Assembly: GCA_040398805.1 (NCBI GenBank)
Contig: JBBATK010000001.1
Coordinates: 249,933-313,932 of the forward strand
DNA length: 64,000 bases
Direction: 5' to 3'
DNA from: Candidatus Kapaibacterium sp.
GTDB taxonomy: Bacteria > Bacteroidota > Ignavibacteria > Kapaibacteriales > NICIL-2
How positions within the stretch are numbered: position 1 is the first letter of the stretch; each line of letters opens with the position of its first letter. Below are positions 19,107 to 30,805 of the stretch, one piece after another. Both the position numbers and the translations under genes were made by a program. The notes below the pieces were generated by a model. That model did no database searches and was not told the origin of the DNA. It saw only the letters and a list, made by a program, of their open reading frames with translations.

Positions 19107-20150
19107 TTACATGATAAGCATGGCGTCGCCGTAGGCGAAGAAGCGATACTCATTCTTCGCAGCGTACTTGTATGCTTTGAAGAGATTATCCTTGCCGGCG
19201 AACGCAGCTGCGATCAATAACGACGTCGATGCCGGCGGATGGAAGTTCGTCAACATGCAGGTAGCGATCTTGAAATCGTACGGCGGAAAAATGTACTTGT
19301 CCGTCCACCCATGATTGGGCTTGACCGTGTGGGACGTGAGGACACTCGACTCCAATGCTCTCATCACCGATGCGCCACACGCGAACACCTTTCGCTTCGA
19401 CTTCAGTGACTTGTTGATGATTTCGGCATTCTCCCGCGTGATCTCGAACTGCTCCGAGTACATACGGTGTTTCGTCAGATCCTCCACTTCAATGGTTTCG
19501 AAGATACCTTGGCCGATGTTCAATGTGATATAGGCGATCCGGACTCCCTTCTTCTCCAAGGCCTTGAGCATCTCCTTCGTGAAGTGCAAGCCGCTTGTCG
19601 GCGGCGCTATGCTCGCATTCTTCGCCGGATTCGCGAAGACGCATTGATAGGTTTCCTTGTCGTCCTCGTTCGGTTCACGTTTGATGTATTCCGGTATCGG
19701 CATCTGCCCTATCTTCTCAATGACCTTGTGCAGGTCGCCGTCGTAGCTGAAGCGGACGGTGCGACCTCGCGACGTGGTGTTGTCAATGATCTCGCAATAG
19801 AACTTACCATTGTCGAAGTAGATCTTGTTGCCTATGCGGACCTTCCGGGCCGGCTCCACGATGACATCCCAGATACGTTCCGGCGCCTTGAGTTCACGGA
19901 GAAGCATGACCTCGATCTTCGCGTTCGTCTTCTCCTTCTTGCCCATGAGCTTCGCCGGAAAGACCCGAGTGTTGTTCAGGACGAGACAATCACCTTTCTC
20001 GAAGAGATCGACGATGTTCTTGAACTTCTTGTCCGTTATTTCTCCCGTTTTCCGGTCAAGAATCATCATCTTTGCAGAGTCTCGCGGCTCGGCCGGAAAT
20101 TTGGCGACGGAGTTTTTGGGGACGGAGAACTTGATCTCGGTGAGCTTCAT
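19107..20150 (-). CDS. queA: S-adenosylmethionine:tRNA ribosyltransferase-isomerase
   Basis: 347 aa, QueA-like over its full length (N-terminal MKLTEIKFSVP...ILD, C-terminal region). Confidence 0.85.
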   Translation of the reverse strand: MKLTEIKFSVPKNSVAKFPAEPRDSAKMMILDRKTGEITDKKFKNIVDLFEKGDCLVLNNTRVFPAKLMGKKEKTNAKIEVMLLRELKAPERIWDVIVEPARKVRIGNKIYFDNGKFYCEIIDNTTSRGRTVRFSYDGDLHKVIEKIGQMPIPEYIKREPNEDDKETYQCVFANPAKNASIAPPTSGLHFTKEMLKALEKKGVRIAYITLNIGQGIFETIEVEDLTKHRMYSEQFEITRENAEIINKSLKSKRKVFACGASVMRALESSVLTSHTVKPNHGWTDKYIFPPYDFKIATCMLTNFHPPASTSLLIAAAFAGKDNLFKAYKYAAKNEYRFFAYGDAMLIM

Positions 20151-20339
20151 GAAGAATCCTGTGATCAGTGAGCGTGCAATACCGCACGAGCCCGAGGTGA
20201 TAGAGGTCAGACGATAGCCTTACATTTCAATCACTTGGCGAGCTTTTTTAAAAACATTTACAGTAAAGTATACAAAACTACGTTTTCCGGAAGCCCATTT
20301 CAAGGGAAACTTCCGTTCTGATGATGTTTTTGCCCTATC

Positions 20340-22421
20340 ATGGACCGATTTCTCCTTCAGTCGAACTACAAGCCATCGGGCGACCAACCCAAAGCCATAC
20401 GCGAACTTGTCGAAGGTTTGCAGCGTCATGATCGTTATCAGACACTGCTCGGTGTCACAGGGTCGGGGAAAACCTTCACCATCTCCAACGTCATTCAATC
20501 CGAGCAGCGACCGACGCTCATCATCTCTCCCAACAAGACGCTTGCCGCGCAACTCTACGCGGAAATGCGCGGGTTCTTTCCGAACAACGCGGTCGAGTTC
20601 TTCATCAGTTACTATGATTACTATCAGCCGGAAGCGTACCTGCCGACGACCGATACGTACATCGAAAAGGACTTCGCCATCAACGACGAGATAGACCGCT
20701 TGCGATTGCGCGCCACCTCTTCCCTCATCGAAGGACGTCGTGATGTCATCGTCGTTGCGAGCGTGAGCTGCATTTACGGTATCGGTTCAAAAGAGGACTT
20801 CGCCTCGATGGTCTACGTCGTGAGACCGGGCATGAAGGTGGAACGCAAGGCTCTCATCTACAAGCTGAACGACATGTTCTTCTCGCGTAATGATGCGGAA
20901 CTATGCCGTTCCTCGTTCCGCGTTCGTGGTGACACTATCGACATCGTTCCGGCGTATGAAGAGGATGTCGCGGTGCGCATCGAACTCTTCGGTGATGTCG
21001 TCGATCGCGTCTCCTTGATCAACAGGATCGACGGCAAGCTCATCGAGCGACTCGAAGCGTATACCTTCTACCCTGCCAGACAGTTCGTGACCTCGCAAGC
21101 CAACCTCAGTCGGGCCATCGGTGCCATATCGGACGAGTTGTACGTGCGACTGAAGGAGCTGCGGGAGATCGGCAAAGGACTTGAAGCTCAAAGGTTGGAG
21201 CAACGCACGACCTATGACATAGCGATGATGAAAGAGGTGGGATACTGCTCGGGTATCGAGAACTATTCCATGCACCTGTCGAACAGGAAGCCTGGAGAGA
21301 AACCCGTGTGCCTTATCGACTATTTCCCGGAGGACTTCCTCCTCGTCATCGATGAGAGTCACGTGACTCTTCCGCAGATTCGTGCCATGTACGCCGGTGA
21401 CCGGAAACGGAAGACGACGCTGGTTGAGCACGGCTTCCGTCTCCCCTCCGCTTTGGAGAACCGTCCGCTCAAGGGCGAGGAATTCGAAAGCCACATCAAT
21501 CAGGTGGTCTACGTGAGCGCGACACCCGGAGATACCGAGCTTGAAAAGTGCAACGGCGTCGTTGTCGAACAGGTCATCCGGCCAACCGGTCTGCTTGATC
21601 CTCTCATCAGCGTGCGGCCCATCAACAATCAGATCGATGATCTCATCGGTGAGATCCGTGGCCGTATCGCGAGCAAACATCGGGTGCTTGTCACGACGTT
21701 GACCAAGCGCATGGCGGAAGACCTTGCGGAATATTTTCAGAACCTCTCGATCAAGGTGGCATACATCCATAGCGAAGTCGATGCCTTGGAACGCGTCGAA
21801 ATCATCAGGGATCTGCGCATCGGAACGTATGATGTACTCGTCGGTGTGAACCTTCTTCGCGAGGGACTCGATATGCCGGAGGTTTCCTTGGTTGCCATTC
21901 TCGATGCCGACAAGGAAGGTTTCCTCCGCAGTGAGCGATCGCTTTTGCAAATCGCCGGACGCACGGCCCGTAACGTCGACGGTCTCGTCATCCTCTACGC
22001 TGATCGCATCACCCGTTCCATGCAAGTGCTCATCGATGAAACGGCTCGCCGCCGGGAATTGCAGACTGCCTACAACAAGGAGCACAACATCAATCCCACG
22101 ACCGTCTATAAGTCGCTCGAGGAGATCCTGAGTGCGACGTCCGTCGCGGATGTGAAGCAACAACGTGAGGAGAAATCCGAGTCCGCCGAGCATGCCCGCC
22201 TGGCGATCGCCGCCGAACCGCTCATGCAGTATCTCTCGAAAGAGCAACAGGGCGACGTCATCCAGCAGATGTTCGAAGAGATGAAGAACGCCGCGAGAGC
22301 GTTGGACTTCGAGCGAGCCGCTGAGCTTCGCGACCAGATCCGTGGCATGGAGCTGCAGATGGAAGCGGTGCAACCGTCCGAGCCACTCGCCAAGAAGCAG
22401 GAAAGAAAACGACGTCGTTAA
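20340..22421 (+). CDS. uvrB: Excinuclease ABC subunit B
   Basis: 693 aa with Walker A (GVTGSGKT), helicase motifs, a beta-hairpin region and a C-terminal UvrC-interaction helix ([13 protein letters not shown]). Confidence 0.95.
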   Translation: MDRFLLQSNYKPSGDQPKAIRELVEGLQRHDRYQTLLGVTGSGKTFTISNVIQSEQRPTLIISPNKTLAAQLYAEMRGFFPNNAVEFFISYYDYYQPEAYLPTTDTYIEKDFAINDEIDRLRLRATSSLIEGRRDVIVVASVSCIYGIGSKEDFASMVYVVRPGMKVERKALIYKLNDMFFSRNDAELCRSSFRVRGDTIDIVPAYEEDVAVRIELFGDVVDRVSLINRIDGKLIERLEAYTFYPARQFVTSQANLSRAIGAISDELYVRLKELREIGKGLEAQRLEQRTTYDIAMMKEVGYCSGIENYSMHLSNRKPGEKPVCLIDYFPEDFLLVIDESHVTLPQIRAMYAGDRKRKTTLVEHGFRLPSALENRPLKGEEFESHINQVVYVSATPGDTELEKCNGVVVEQVIRPTGLLDPLISVRPINNQIDDLIGEIRGRIASKHRVLVTTLTKRMAEDLAEYFQNLSIKVAYIHSEVDALERVEIIRDLRIGTYDVLVGVNLLREGLDMPEVSLVAILDADKEGFLRSERSLLQIAGRTARNVDGLVILYADRITRSMQVLIDETARRRELQTAYNKEHNINPTTVYKSLEEILSATSVADVKQQREEKSESAEHARLAIAAEPLMQYLSKEQQGDVIQQMFEEMKNAARALDFERAAELRDQIRGMELQMEAVQPSEPLAKKQERKRRR

Positions 22422-23638
22422 GGAAGAGAGATAGAAACGGGAACGGATGTTCCCTCCTCGTCACCGAGATCGGCCGGCGGGTCCCACGTCGTGTTCATTC
22501 TCCGTTCCACCCGATGGATGATGGAAAGCGTGAGATCGTCACAAACGAGGAAACCTTTCATCGTCAAACGGACAGTTTCGTCGATGACCAGATACCCTTC
22601 CGACTCCATCCATGCTTCTTCATCCCTGATGATTGCTGCCAGGTCGCATCCGTCGTATCGTTTGAGTTGTTCGACGTTCACACCCGTACTGCGAAGTCCG
22701 AGAAAAATCGATTCGAACATGAGCTGGTCAGGACGCAGCGTCTCCGACCCTATCGTCGGCAAACGTCCTTCCGTGATCGCGTCCATGTAGCGGGTGATGT
22801 TCCGGACGTTCCTGTAGCGAGTGGTTCCCACGTAGCCGTGGGCTGATGGACCGAAAGCGAGGTAGTTCCGGCCCTCCCAGTAGCAAAGGTTATGATGGCA
22901 ACGACGTCCGTCCTTTGCGAAATTCGATACCTCGTACTGAGCGTATCCATGCTCCTCCAAGAAGGCGACAGCAACCTCGTACATGCGTGCATCCTCCTCC
23001 TCGGCCAGTTTGTCGACCTCCCCTCGAAGGAGTTTCGCATGCAACGGCGTCCCTTCTTCGTAGATGAGACTGTACGCGGATACATGTTCCGGTCGTAACG
23101 CGACGATCCGTCGCAGTGTCTCTCGCAAACCGTCGATTGTCTGATTGGGCAACGCGAACATCACATCAAGATTGATATTCTCGAAGCCCGCATCCCGCGC
23201 CGCTTCCACGCTTGTGACCACGGCCGAGGCATCATGGATCCGTTCAAGGAAGCGAAGCTCGGCTTCGTGAAACGACTGCACGCCGAAACTCAGTCTGTTA
23301 ACGCCAAGCGCCTTGTATGCCGATAAGGATGTGGGTGTCACCGTTCCGGGATTACACTCCATCGTCCATTCGCAATCGTCGCTGAACGTGTAGCACTCAT
23401 GCAAGGTCGAGATGATCCGTTCGATATCTGCCGGCGAGACCAACGAGGGGGTTCCTCCTCCGAAGAACACGGAGGTGAACGGCTCATGAAAACCGGAAGA
23501 CTCTTTCTTGCGCATCCGTATCTCCGAACAGAGGACGGTGACGAATGCAGGAATATCGCTGGTCTTCTCGATCGAGTAGAAATCACAATAGCTGCATTTG
23601 TGCTGACAGTACGGAATATGGAGGTAGAGTCCGGGCAT
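22418..23638 (-). CDS. hemW: Radical SAM HemW/HemN-like protein (heme chaperone / oxygen-independent coproporphyrinogen oxidase family)
   Basis: CxxxCxxC in [16 protein letters not shown]. The start is chosen at [11 protein letters not shown]. The 70-aa 5' extension in the ORF track is not protein-like and would overlap lepB. There is a 4-nt convergent overlap with uvrB. Confidence 0.8.
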   Translation of the reverse strand: MPGLYLHIPYCQHKCSYCDFYSIEKTSDIPAFVTVLCSEIRMRKKESSGFHEPFTSVFFGGGTPSLVSPADIERIISTLHECYTFSDDCEWTMECNPGTVTPTSLSAYKALGVNRLSFGVQSFHEAELRFLERIHDASAVVTSVEAARDAGFENINLDVMFALPNQTIDGLRETLRRIVALRPEHVSAYSLIYEEGTPLHAKLLRGEVDKLAEEEDARMYEVAVAFLEEHGYAQYEVSNFAKDGRRCHHNLCYWEGRNYLAFGPSAHGYVGTTRYRNVRNITRYMDAITEGRLPTIGSETLRPDQLMFESIFLGLRSTGVNVEQLKRYDGCDLAAIIRDEEAWMESEGYLVIDETVRLTMKGFLVCDDLTLSIIHRVERRMNTTWDPPADLGDEEGTSVPVSISLP

Positions 23639-23651
23639 GGATTGGTTGCTC

Positions 23652-24428
23652 CTAATGGATACCGGTGAAAATTCGTGACCATCGCACGGAACCGGTACCT
23701 GCAGCGGAATCCTTTCCATTGGCAGAGCCGATTCCTGATTTGGTGACGTTGTCAGAGGACCAGTACACGAGCAAGGGTGTGCCGATGACTGACGACTCCG
23801 TGATGAAACCCCAATAGCGGGAATCGAAACTGTTTCCTGCGTTGTCACCCTCGACGTAATAGTAATCGTTCTCCACGAGATACTGCGATGCGGTATTGCT
23901 GTCGATATAGACGATTCCCTGACGCACGTATACCCGATGTCCCTCGGCTTCGATGAGCGTCCTCCACTTCTCTATGGATTCACCGCTGAGCTCCAACCTC
24001 TGACCTTTCCGTGGTATGACATGGACACCGGCGAATGGATACTCGGCGGCCACGCGAACCGTATCATCTGGTACACCGGCGATGCGTTTCACCAGAAGCG
24101 GATAGTTCCGCCGGACACGGGCCACATCAGGGGTTCGGAATACGACGACGTCGCCTTTGGTGTACGAAGGGACGTGAGGAGCTTCGGATTCGTGAGATCC
24201 ACTCGTGAGAGCGGAACGAAGGTGCAGCCAGTTGGCGGCGCCTGTCCAGACGACAACGTAATCGCCCTCCAACAGCGTCGGCTTCATGGACGGTGAGGGG
24301 ATGCTGAAAAAAGAGAAGAAGAACGCGCGGAGAATGGCGACGAGAAGAAATGTCAGAAGGACCGCTCCGCCGATCGTCCGTCGAGAGGCACCCGAAAGAG
24401 CAGATGAGAGCGAAGCGGAAATCGGCAT
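23652..24428 (-). CDS. lepB: Signal peptidase I
   Basis: An N-terminal TM helix, the catalytic Ser box PSMKPTL and the Lys box VKRIAGVPDD. Confidence 0.85.
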   Translation of the reverse strand: MPISASLSSALSGASRRTIGGAVLLTFLLVAILRAFFFSFFSIPSPSMKPTLLEGDYVVVWTGAANWLHLRSALTSGSHESEAPHVPSYTKGDVVVFRTPDVARVRRNYPLLVKRIAGVPDDTVRVAAEYPFAGVHVIPRKGQRLELSGESIEKWRTLIEAEGHRVYVRQGIVYIDSNTASQYLVENDYYYVEGDNAGNSFDSRYWGFITESSVIGTPLLVYWSSDNVTKSGIGSANGKDSAAGTGSVRWSRIFTGIH

Positions 24429-24476
24429 CTGATTGGTCCTCTCGGCAAGACATGGCGCGACAGTCGCCGAACTTGC

Positions 24477-25490
24477 TTACTTGTTGATGATGGAGAGAAG
24501 ACGTGACCAACGGATGTGCATCAGACGCTGGAAGAAGGTCATCTCCTCTTCCTGCATCTCCTCCATGCCTGTGGCAGGATTATAGGAACGCACGAGTCGA
24601 CGGTTCTCCATGGACCAGTACACGACCATCGGTGTCCCCACGACGTCATCTTTGGGAATGAATCCGAAGTAACGACTATCCGCACTGTTCCACCGATTAT
24701 CACCCATACCGAACACATAGTCGCGCTCCACTGTGTACGAGGACCGCGGCTTGCCATCAATGAACACCGTTCCATCGACCCGTTTGACTTCATGTCCTTC
24801 CCTTTGGATGAACACGCTCCACGCCGATATCGTCTCCTCATTCAGCGTCAGCACGTCGCCTTTCTTCGGGATCCGCAGAGGTCCATAGTTCGAGCGCGTA
24901 TAACCATACCCGCGTGGAAACGTATAATACTTGTCGCCCTCGGACATTTCCAACGTATGCTTCAGCATCGGGTCGTGCTGCGCCTTGCCGGGCAAATGAT
25001 ACGGGACACCATTGACATACACGCTATCGTTGACGATGCGAAGGGTATCACCGGAGACGGCGATGCACCGCTTGAGATAGTATTGGAAGTCGTCCGCTTT
25101 CACTTGGTCCCTATTACCGGGAAAGATGAAGACGATGACATCTCCTTGCCGTGGATCACGTAATGCCGGGAGTTTGTAGTACGGTAACGGGATATTGACA
25201 ATCGGTATGATTTGCGGAGTGGAGGGACCGAAAATGATCTTGTTTACGAAGAGGTTCTCGCCGGCGAGGACGGTGGACTCCATCGACGGGGTAGGAACGA
25301 ACATGGAGGCGACGAGTAACCCATTGAGGATGGTGATGACAAGTATGGCATTGAGGATGGTCTTCACCCATGAAACGAGTTTCTGCGAACCGTTCATCTT
25401 CTCATATGCTTCCTGTTCCGCCTTGAGCTTCTGGCGGCGACGTTCCATGTATCGCGAGACGGTGTTCGTTGATGTGCTGTTCTTACTCAT
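24477..25490 (-). CDS. lepB: Signal peptidase I (second, longer paralogue)
   Basis: A TM helix, the Ser box PSMESTV, the Lys box LKRCIAVSGD and GDNRWNSADSRYFG. Confidence 0.85.
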   Translation of the reverse strand: MSKNSTSTNTVSRYMERRRQKLKAEQEAYEKMNGSQKLVSWVKTILNAILVITILNGLLVASMFVPTPSMESTVLAGENLFVNKIIFGPSTPQIIPIVNIPLPYYKLPALRDPRQGDVIVFIFPGNRDQVKADDFQYYLKRCIAVSGDTLRIVNDSVYVNGVPYHLPGKAQHDPMLKHTLEMSEGDKYYTFPRGYGYTRSNYGPLRIPKKGDVLTLNEETISAWSVFIQREGHEVKRVDGTVFIDGKPRSSYTVERDYVFGMGDNRWNSADSRYFGFIPKDDVVGTPMVVYWSMENRRLVRSYNPATGMEEMQEEEMTFFQRLMHIRWSRLLSIINK

Positions 25491-25543
25491 GATTCTGTGG
25501 TATTCGGTACTCGGAAAGATGATGTGGATCGTGCTGTATCCGT

Positions 25544-27346
25544 CTAGTCGTCAAGACTTAACACTGCAAGGAACGCTTCTTGCGGAACCTCGACACGACC
25601 GATCTGCTTCATACGTTTCTTGCCCTCCTTCTGCTTCTCCAATAGCTTCCGCTTACGGGAGATATCACCGCCGTAGCACTTTGCCAAGACGTTCTTCCGT
25701 GTAGCGGAAATGGTGTCACGCGAGATGATCTTCGCGCCGATGGCGGCTTGAATGGCGATTTCGAACATCTGTCGTGGAATCAAGGTCTTGAGTTTCGAGC
25801 AAAGTTTCCGTCCCCACTCATACGACTTCGCGCGGTGCACGATGCATGAGAGGGCATCCACGGGATCCCCATTCAGGAGGATGTCGAGCTTCACAAGATC
25901 ACCTTCCTTGTATTCGCTGTACTCGTAGTCCAACGAGGCGTATCCGCGCGACATGGACTTGAGCTTGTCGTAGAAATCGAAGACCACCTCCGCAAGCGGA
26001 AGCTCGAAGGTGAGATCCACACGGGTCTCCGTGAGATAGTGTTGTCCAAGAATCACACCACGCCGATCCATGCACAGCTTCATGATGGTGCCCACGAACT
26101 CCGTCGGCGTGATGATCTGTGCTTTGATGAACGGTTCAAGGATGGCATCGATGTTTCCTACCGGCGGCATCTGCGCGGGATTATCCACCCACAGTTCTTC
26201 CTTATCCGTCTTGCGAACCAGATAGCGCACGTTCGGTACGGTATTGACGATCGTCTGATTGAACTCGCGCTCCAGACGTTCCTGGACGATGTCCATGTGC
26301 AAGAGACCGAGGAAGCCGCACCGGAACCCGAATCCCAATGCCGACGAGCTCTCCGGTTCGAAGGAAATCGCCGAGTCGTTGAGACTGAGCTTCTCGAGCG
26401 CTTCGCGCAAGTCTTCGAAGTCGTCGCTGTCTGCAGGATAGATACCGCTGAAGACCATGGGCTTCACTTCGCGGAAACCCTCGATGGCGCGCTCACATGG
26501 ACGATCCGCCGCGGTGACGGTATCCCCCACCTTCGTATCATTGAGACGTCGTATGCCGGCCGTGAAATATCCTACATCCCCTGCTTTAAGAATACCCGTA
26601 CGGTGTTCCTTCATGAAGAGAACGCCCACTTCGTCAACGTCGTAATTCTGACCGGCGGCCACGAAACGGATCTTGTCCTTTTCCTTCATGGTACCATCGA
26701 AGACACGCACGTTAACGACGACACCTCGATAGGCATCGTAGATGGAATCGTAGATAAGGGCACGAAGCGGCGCATTGGGATCACCTTTGGGAGAGCGTAT
26801 GCGGGCGACAACCGCTTCGAGTATCTCCTCGATGCCGATGCCCGTTTTCGCCGACGCGAGAATCATGTCTTCCTCCGCGCAGCCGATGAGGTCCATGACC
26901 TGTTTCTTCACACCATCGATGGTCGTGACCGCACTGGGCAAGTCGATCTTGTTAATGACAGGGATGATCTCCAATCCTGCATCGATGGCAAGAAAGAGAT
27001 TACTGATGGTCTGCGCTTCGACGCCTTGGGTGGCATCCACCACGAGGAGTGCACCTTCGCATGCGGCGAGAGACCGAGAGACTTCGTAGGAGAAGTCGAC
27101 GTGGCCTGGCGTGTCGATAAGGTTCAGAGTGTAGGACGAACCGTTCTTCGCTTTATAATCCATCTGTATCGCGTGGAGCTTAATGGTGATACCACGCTCT
27201 TGCTCCAAGGGGTTGTCGTCGAGGATCTGATTGGTGACCATCTCGCGGGCGGTGACCCTTCCCGTGCGCTCCAGAAGACGGTCAGCAAGAGTGGACTTAC
27301 CGTGATCGATGTGTGCGATGATGCAGAAATTTCTGATGTTTTCCAT
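25544..27346 (-). CDS. lepA: Elongation factor 4 (LepA)
   Basis: 600 aa. The G-domain AHIDHGKST is followed by the LepA-specific C-terminal domain. The lepA-lepB arrangement is classic. Confidence 0.95.
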   Translation of the reverse strand: MENIRNFCIIAHIDHGKSTLADRLLERTGRVTAREMVTNQILDDNPLEQERGITIKLHAIQMDYKAKNGSSYTLNLIDTPGHVDFSYEVSRSLAACEGALLVVDATQGVEAQTISNLFLAIDAGLEIIPVINKIDLPSAVTTIDGVKKQVMDLIGCAEEDMILASAKTGIGIEEILEAVVARIRSPKGDPNAPLRALIYDSIYDAYRGVVVNVRVFDGTMKEKDKIRFVAAGQNYDVDEVGVLFMKEHRTGILKAGDVGYFTAGIRRLNDTKVGDTVTAADRPCERAIEGFREVKPMVFSGIYPADSDDFEDLREALEKLSLNDSAISFEPESSSALGFGFRCGFLGLLHMDIVQERLEREFNQTIVNTVPNVRYLVRKTDKEELWVDNPAQMPPVGNIDAILEPFIKAQIITPTEFVGTIMKLCMDRRGVILGQHYLTETRVDLTFELPLAEVVFDFYDKLKSMSRGYASLDYEYSEYKEGDLVKLDILLNGDPVDALSCIVHRAKSYEWGRKLCSKLKTLIPRQMFEIAIQAAIGAKIISRDTISATRKNVLAKCYGGDISRKRKLLEKQKEGKKRMKQIGRVEVPQEAFLAVLSLDD

Positions 27347-27520
27347 GAGGTCTGAGTTCCGCCTTGCGAGCAGTGATGTACGGTGAATGGCAAAAATAGC
27401 GAGACCGTGCGTATGCGGAGGGTGAATTGATGGGAATGCGACCGGAGGTCATCCGTATCCGGTTCCGATGGTCACTCATACCTGTTACCGCACTCGCCAA
27501 GAGTTGGTAAGTTTGTCCTC

Positions 27521-28408
27521 ATGAAAAGCACAACGGACAATCACCTGCGCATCCTCGTCCTCGTCTTTGTGATGCTGGGAGCACCGGCTTTGGTACACGC
27601 GACCGAGTCGAGCGCAGCGGATGATACGGTATCCGCACTCGGGACATGGGATTTCATCACAGAACTCCCAACCGATTGGTCACTGTTCGCCAAAGAGTCC
27701 TTTCAATGGAAACACGCACCCGTCATCGCCGGCATAGCCGTATCCACAGCCGCATCCATCGTGTACGACGACGTTTTGTATCAGTGGGGCCGCTCGTGGT
27801 ACAATTCTTCTCCGGGTATGTCCTTTGCGCAAGACCGAGGGGTGGACATCGGTGATGGAAAATTTCAGTTCGGTATCGCGCTCGGGTTCGCAGCCTACGG
27901 ATACGTAGGTAAGGATTCGCGTGCCCTGAGGACGGCGAGCCAGGTGACGGAGGTCATTCTCGCTGCTGGCGGCGTCGTGCAACTGTTGAAACATACGACC
28001 GGTCGGGAGAGTCCGTTCGTTGCGACAACGCCTACTGGCCGATGGGACTTTTTTCCGAACCAGATCGAATACCACAAGAAGGTTCCTCATTATGACGCAT
28101 TTCCCTCGGGACATGTGTGCACGGCGCTCGCAACCCTCACGGTGGTCATGGAGAACTATCCCGAAGCCACGTGGTTGCCCTACGTGGGGTATCCCGCCGT
28201 GACGTGGCTGGCGATCAGCATGGTGGGTCAAGGTATCCACTGGGCGAGCGATTATCCCTTATCGATTGCACTGGGATATACCTTCGGTCAGATCGTTTCG
28301 CATAAGAAGTCGTTTTCTTCCGCTCTCGGCTCCAAGGTATCGACGCAACTCCTGCCTACTCGATTCGCTGACGGTTCGCCGGGATTACAGGTGGTTTGTT
28401 CATGGTAG
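27521..28408 (+). CDS. Secreted PAP2-superfamily phosphatase-like protein
   Basis: A signal peptide, the PSGH motif (AFPSGHVCTA) and H...D (GIHWASDY), which match the PAP2 acid-phosphatase signature. Confidence 0.6.
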   Translation: MKSTTDNHLRILVLVFVMLGAPALVHATESSAADDTVSALGTWDFITELPTDWSLFAKESFQWKHAPVIAGIAVSTAASIVYDDVLYQWGRSWYNSSPGMSFAQDRGVDIGDGKFQFGIALGFAAYGYVGKDSRALRTASQVTEVILAAGGVVQLLKHTTGRESPFVATTPTGRWDFFPNQIEYHKKVPHYDAFPSGHVCTALATLTVVMENYPEATWLPYVGYPAVTWLAISMVGQGIHWASDYPLSIALGYTFGQIVSHKKSFSSALGSKVSTQLLPTRFADGSPGLQVVCSW

Positions 28409-28428
28409 CGCCTTTCACAGGATGACAA

Positions 28429-29853
28429 ATGAGTAAAGTGTATCTGCTTGGTATCGGTGGAAGTGCGATGGGCGCGCTGGCGTGCGCATTGAGCGATGCC
28501 GGACATGACGTATCGGGATCGGACAGCGGAGTGTACTCGCCGATGAAGGAATTCCTCGGAGAGAAAGATATCGCCTACCATGACTCGTATGATGCGGAGA
28601 ACGTGTCGAACTTCCGACCTGACTACGTCGTCGTCGGCAACGCCATCAGCAGAGGCAACGTGGAACTGGAGCGGGCGCTGAATGAGCGCTTTGTTATCCG
28701 CTCGATGACGGAAGTGCTGCGCGATGAGTTCATCGCCGGCCATACGTCCGTGGTCGTTTCGGGTACCCATGGTAAGACGACCACTTCCTCGCTCGCCGCA
28801 TGGATTCTCCATCACGGAGGTCTACCCACTGGATTCTTCATCGGTGCGGTGACCGGTAACTTCGGTTCGGGCTCACGGTGCGTACCGAATTCCCCGTCCG
28901 ATGGTTTCTTCGTTTCCGAAGGCGATGAGTATGACACCGCGTACTTCGACAAGAGGAGTAAGTTCCTGTCATACCGACCCGATATCGCCGTCATCAACAA
29001 CATCGAGTTCGATCACGCGGACATCTTCCGGTCCTTGGATGAGATCATCGCTTCGTTCCGACTCTTCGCACGACTCGTTCCCATGAACGGCGTCGTCATT
29101 GCCAACGGTGACGATGCGAACGTTCGTACAGCCTGTAGCGATACGCCGGCGCCGGTCGAGACCTTCGGATTCGGCTCCGGGAATACGTGGCGAGCGGTTG
29201 ATATCGACTACCGACAGGATGCGACGCATTTCACGGTGTTGCGCAACGGTATCATCGTTGCGCGGTTTTCTCTCGGACTTCTCGGTGAGCACAATGTCCG
29301 CAATGCGCTTGCCGTCATCGCTGTCGCCATTCGTGCAGGACTTTCCCCCGCCACCATTCAAAGCGGTTTTGATACCTTCACCGCACCCAAGCGTCGACTG
29401 GAGGAAATCGCGTCGTTCCGAGGCAACGTCGTTGTCGACGACTTCGGACATCACCCGACCGCCATCCGGCTGACCATCGGGGCGGTACGGCAGAAGTATC
29501 CAGGACGCCGCATCGTCGCGTGCTTCGAGCCCCGGTCCAACACGACGACGCGTCGCATTTTCCAAGAGGAGCTGATCTCCGCCTTCGACGATGCGGACGA
29601 TGTCGTCATCGGACGTTTGAACAGGCCGGAACGATATGCGGTCGACGATCGGCTCGACCGCGATGCACTGGCCGAGGCGATCCGCGTGCGGGCAAAGAAC
29701 GTCTACGTCGTCCCCCAAGAAGGGAGCAGTGCATGGGGCGAAGATGTGCGTGATCACTTCATCGAGACCGGACTTACCGATGCGGTCATTCTCCTGCTTT
29801 CCAACGGAGACCTGGGAGGCCTTCGAGCCCTCTTGATGAACGATCAAAGCTGA
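28429..29853 (+). CDS. mpl: UDP-N-acetylmuramate:L-alanyl-gamma-D-glutamyl-meso-diaminopimelate ligase (Mpl) / Mur ligase family
   Basis: N-terminus MSKVYLLGIGGSAMGALA, the Mur ligase P-loop GTHGKTTTSS and a length of 474 aa consistent with Mpl rather than MurC. Confidence 0.75.
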   Translation: MSKVYLLGIGGSAMGALACALSDAGHDVSGSDSGVYSPMKEFLGEKDIAYHDSYDAENVSNFRPDYVVVGNAISRGNVELERALNERFVIRSMTEVLRDEFIAGHTSVVVSGTHGKTTTSSLAAWILHHGGLPTGFFIGAVTGNFGSGSRCVPNSPSDGFFVSEGDEYDTAYFDKRSKFLSYRPDIAVINNIEFDHADIFRSLDEIIASFRLFARLVPMNGVVIANGDDANVRTACSDTPAPVETFGFGSGNTWRAVDIDYRQDATHFTVLRNGIIVARFSLGLLGEHNVRNALAVIAVAIRAGLSPATIQSGFDTFTAPKRRLEEIASFRGNVVVDDFGHHPTAIRLTIGAVRQKYPGRRIVACFEPRSNTTTRRIFQEELISAFDDADDVVIGRLNRPERYAVDDRLDRDALAEAIRVRAKNVYVVPQEGSSAWGEDVRDHFIETGLTDAVILLLSNGDLGGLRALLMNDQS

Positions 29854-29907
29854 TCGTATAAAGAACGGACCCAGCTGACAGTGAGTCCGTATTTTTGAAC
29901 TCCGCCC

Positions 29908-29993
29908 GCCCGGGTGGCGAAATGGCAGACGCACAGGACTTAAAATCCTGAGAGGGCAACCTCGTGCGGGTTCGAGTCCCGCCCCGGGCACCA
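29908..29993 (+). tRNA. tRNA-Leu (anticodon UAA), class II long variable arm; CCA is encoded
   Basis: GCCCGGGTGGCGAAATGGCAGACGCACAGGACTTAAAATCCTGAGAGGGCAACCTCGTGCGGGTTCGAGTCCCGCCCCGGGCACCA, with anticodon loop CTTAAAA. Confidence 0.9.
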
Positions 29994-30022
29994 TCCCTTC
30001 CTACCGACCGGATATTCGCCCG

Positions 30023-30805
30023 CTATAAGAGCGACCGCGTGCGACCTCCGTCGATGGTCAGATTTATCCCCGTGATGTACGCGGCTTCGTTCGATGCGAG
30101 AAACACGACGCCATGAGCTACTTCCTCAGGTTTCGCGAAGCGCTTCATGGGAATCTCTGAGACCATCTCCCGCTCCACTTCTTCGATGGTCTTCCCCGTT
30201 CTTCCGGCCGTCGCGTGAATGATGGACGACAGTCTGTGCGTTGCTGTCGCTCCGGGAAGGACGTTGTTTACGGTGATACCGAAGACGGCGACTTCCCGTG
30301 AGAGTGTTTTGGCCCACGCTGAGGTGGCGGAACGAATGGTGTTCGATACCCCGAGGTTATCCAACGGTTGACGGACGGATGTCGAAATGATGTTGATCAC
30401 GCGACCGAACTGCCGCTCCTTCATGCCGGGAAGACACTCCTTGACGATTTCGTGACCGCTAAGGAGCAAGCGGTTCATGGCGATGTGGAATGCTCCAGGA
30501 TCCGCACCCGCCAAAGGTCCGCCGGGAGGTCCACCGGAGTTGTTGACGACGACATCAATGCCGCCATGTCGCTCAAGGTAGTCATGGATAACGGACCGCA
30601 CGTGCGACGGGTCGTCGAAATCGGCGATGAGCATCGCATGACCCGTTCCGCTCAACTCTTCCAATACTGTTGTCAGCTTCTGTTGAGTGCGAGCGAAGGC
30701 GACGACTTTGGCTCCTGAGTTTGCAAAGGCAAGAGCGGTCGCCTTCCCGATGCCGTCGGTTGCGCCGCATACGAGGACCGTTCGGCCTGTGACGTTAAGA
30801 TGCAT
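30023..30805 (-). CDS. Short-chain dehydrogenase/reductase (SDR)
   Basis: TGRTVLVCGATDGIGKA Rossmann motif; the start is chosen at MHLNVTGR (the 100-aa ORF-track extension is rejected). About 260 aa. Confidence 0.75.
   Translation of the reverse strand: MHLNVTGRTVLVCGATDGIGKATALAFANSGAKVVAFARTQQKLTTVLEELSGTGHAMLIADFDDPSHVRSVIHDYLERHGGIDVVVNNSGGPPGGPLAGADPGAFHIAMNRLLLSGHEIVKECLPGMKERQFGRVINIISTSVRQPLDNLGVSNTIRSATSAWAKTLSREVAVFGITVNNVLPGATATHRLSSIIHATAGRTGKTIEEVEREMVSEIPMKRFAKPEEVAHGVVFLASNEAAYITGINLTIDGGRTRSLL

Noticed and set aside
20901-22373. 490-aa minus-strand ORF
   Set aside because: It is antisense to uvrB.
22418-23848. N-terminal 70-aa extension of the hemW ORF
   Set aside because: The extension is Ser/Pro-rich and non-conserved-looking. 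Its upper part would overlap the end of lepB by 197 nt (23652-23848). The internal ATG immediately before the radical-SAM CxxxCxxC motif gives a sensible 14-bp spacing instead.
26039-27355. 438-aa plus-strand ORF
   Set aside because: It is antisense to lepA, which is unambiguous.
28969-29994. 341-aa minus-strand ORF
   Set aside because: It is antisense to mpl and runs through tRNA-Leu. Its composition is Arg/Gly/Asp-biased, typical of high-GC antisense frames.
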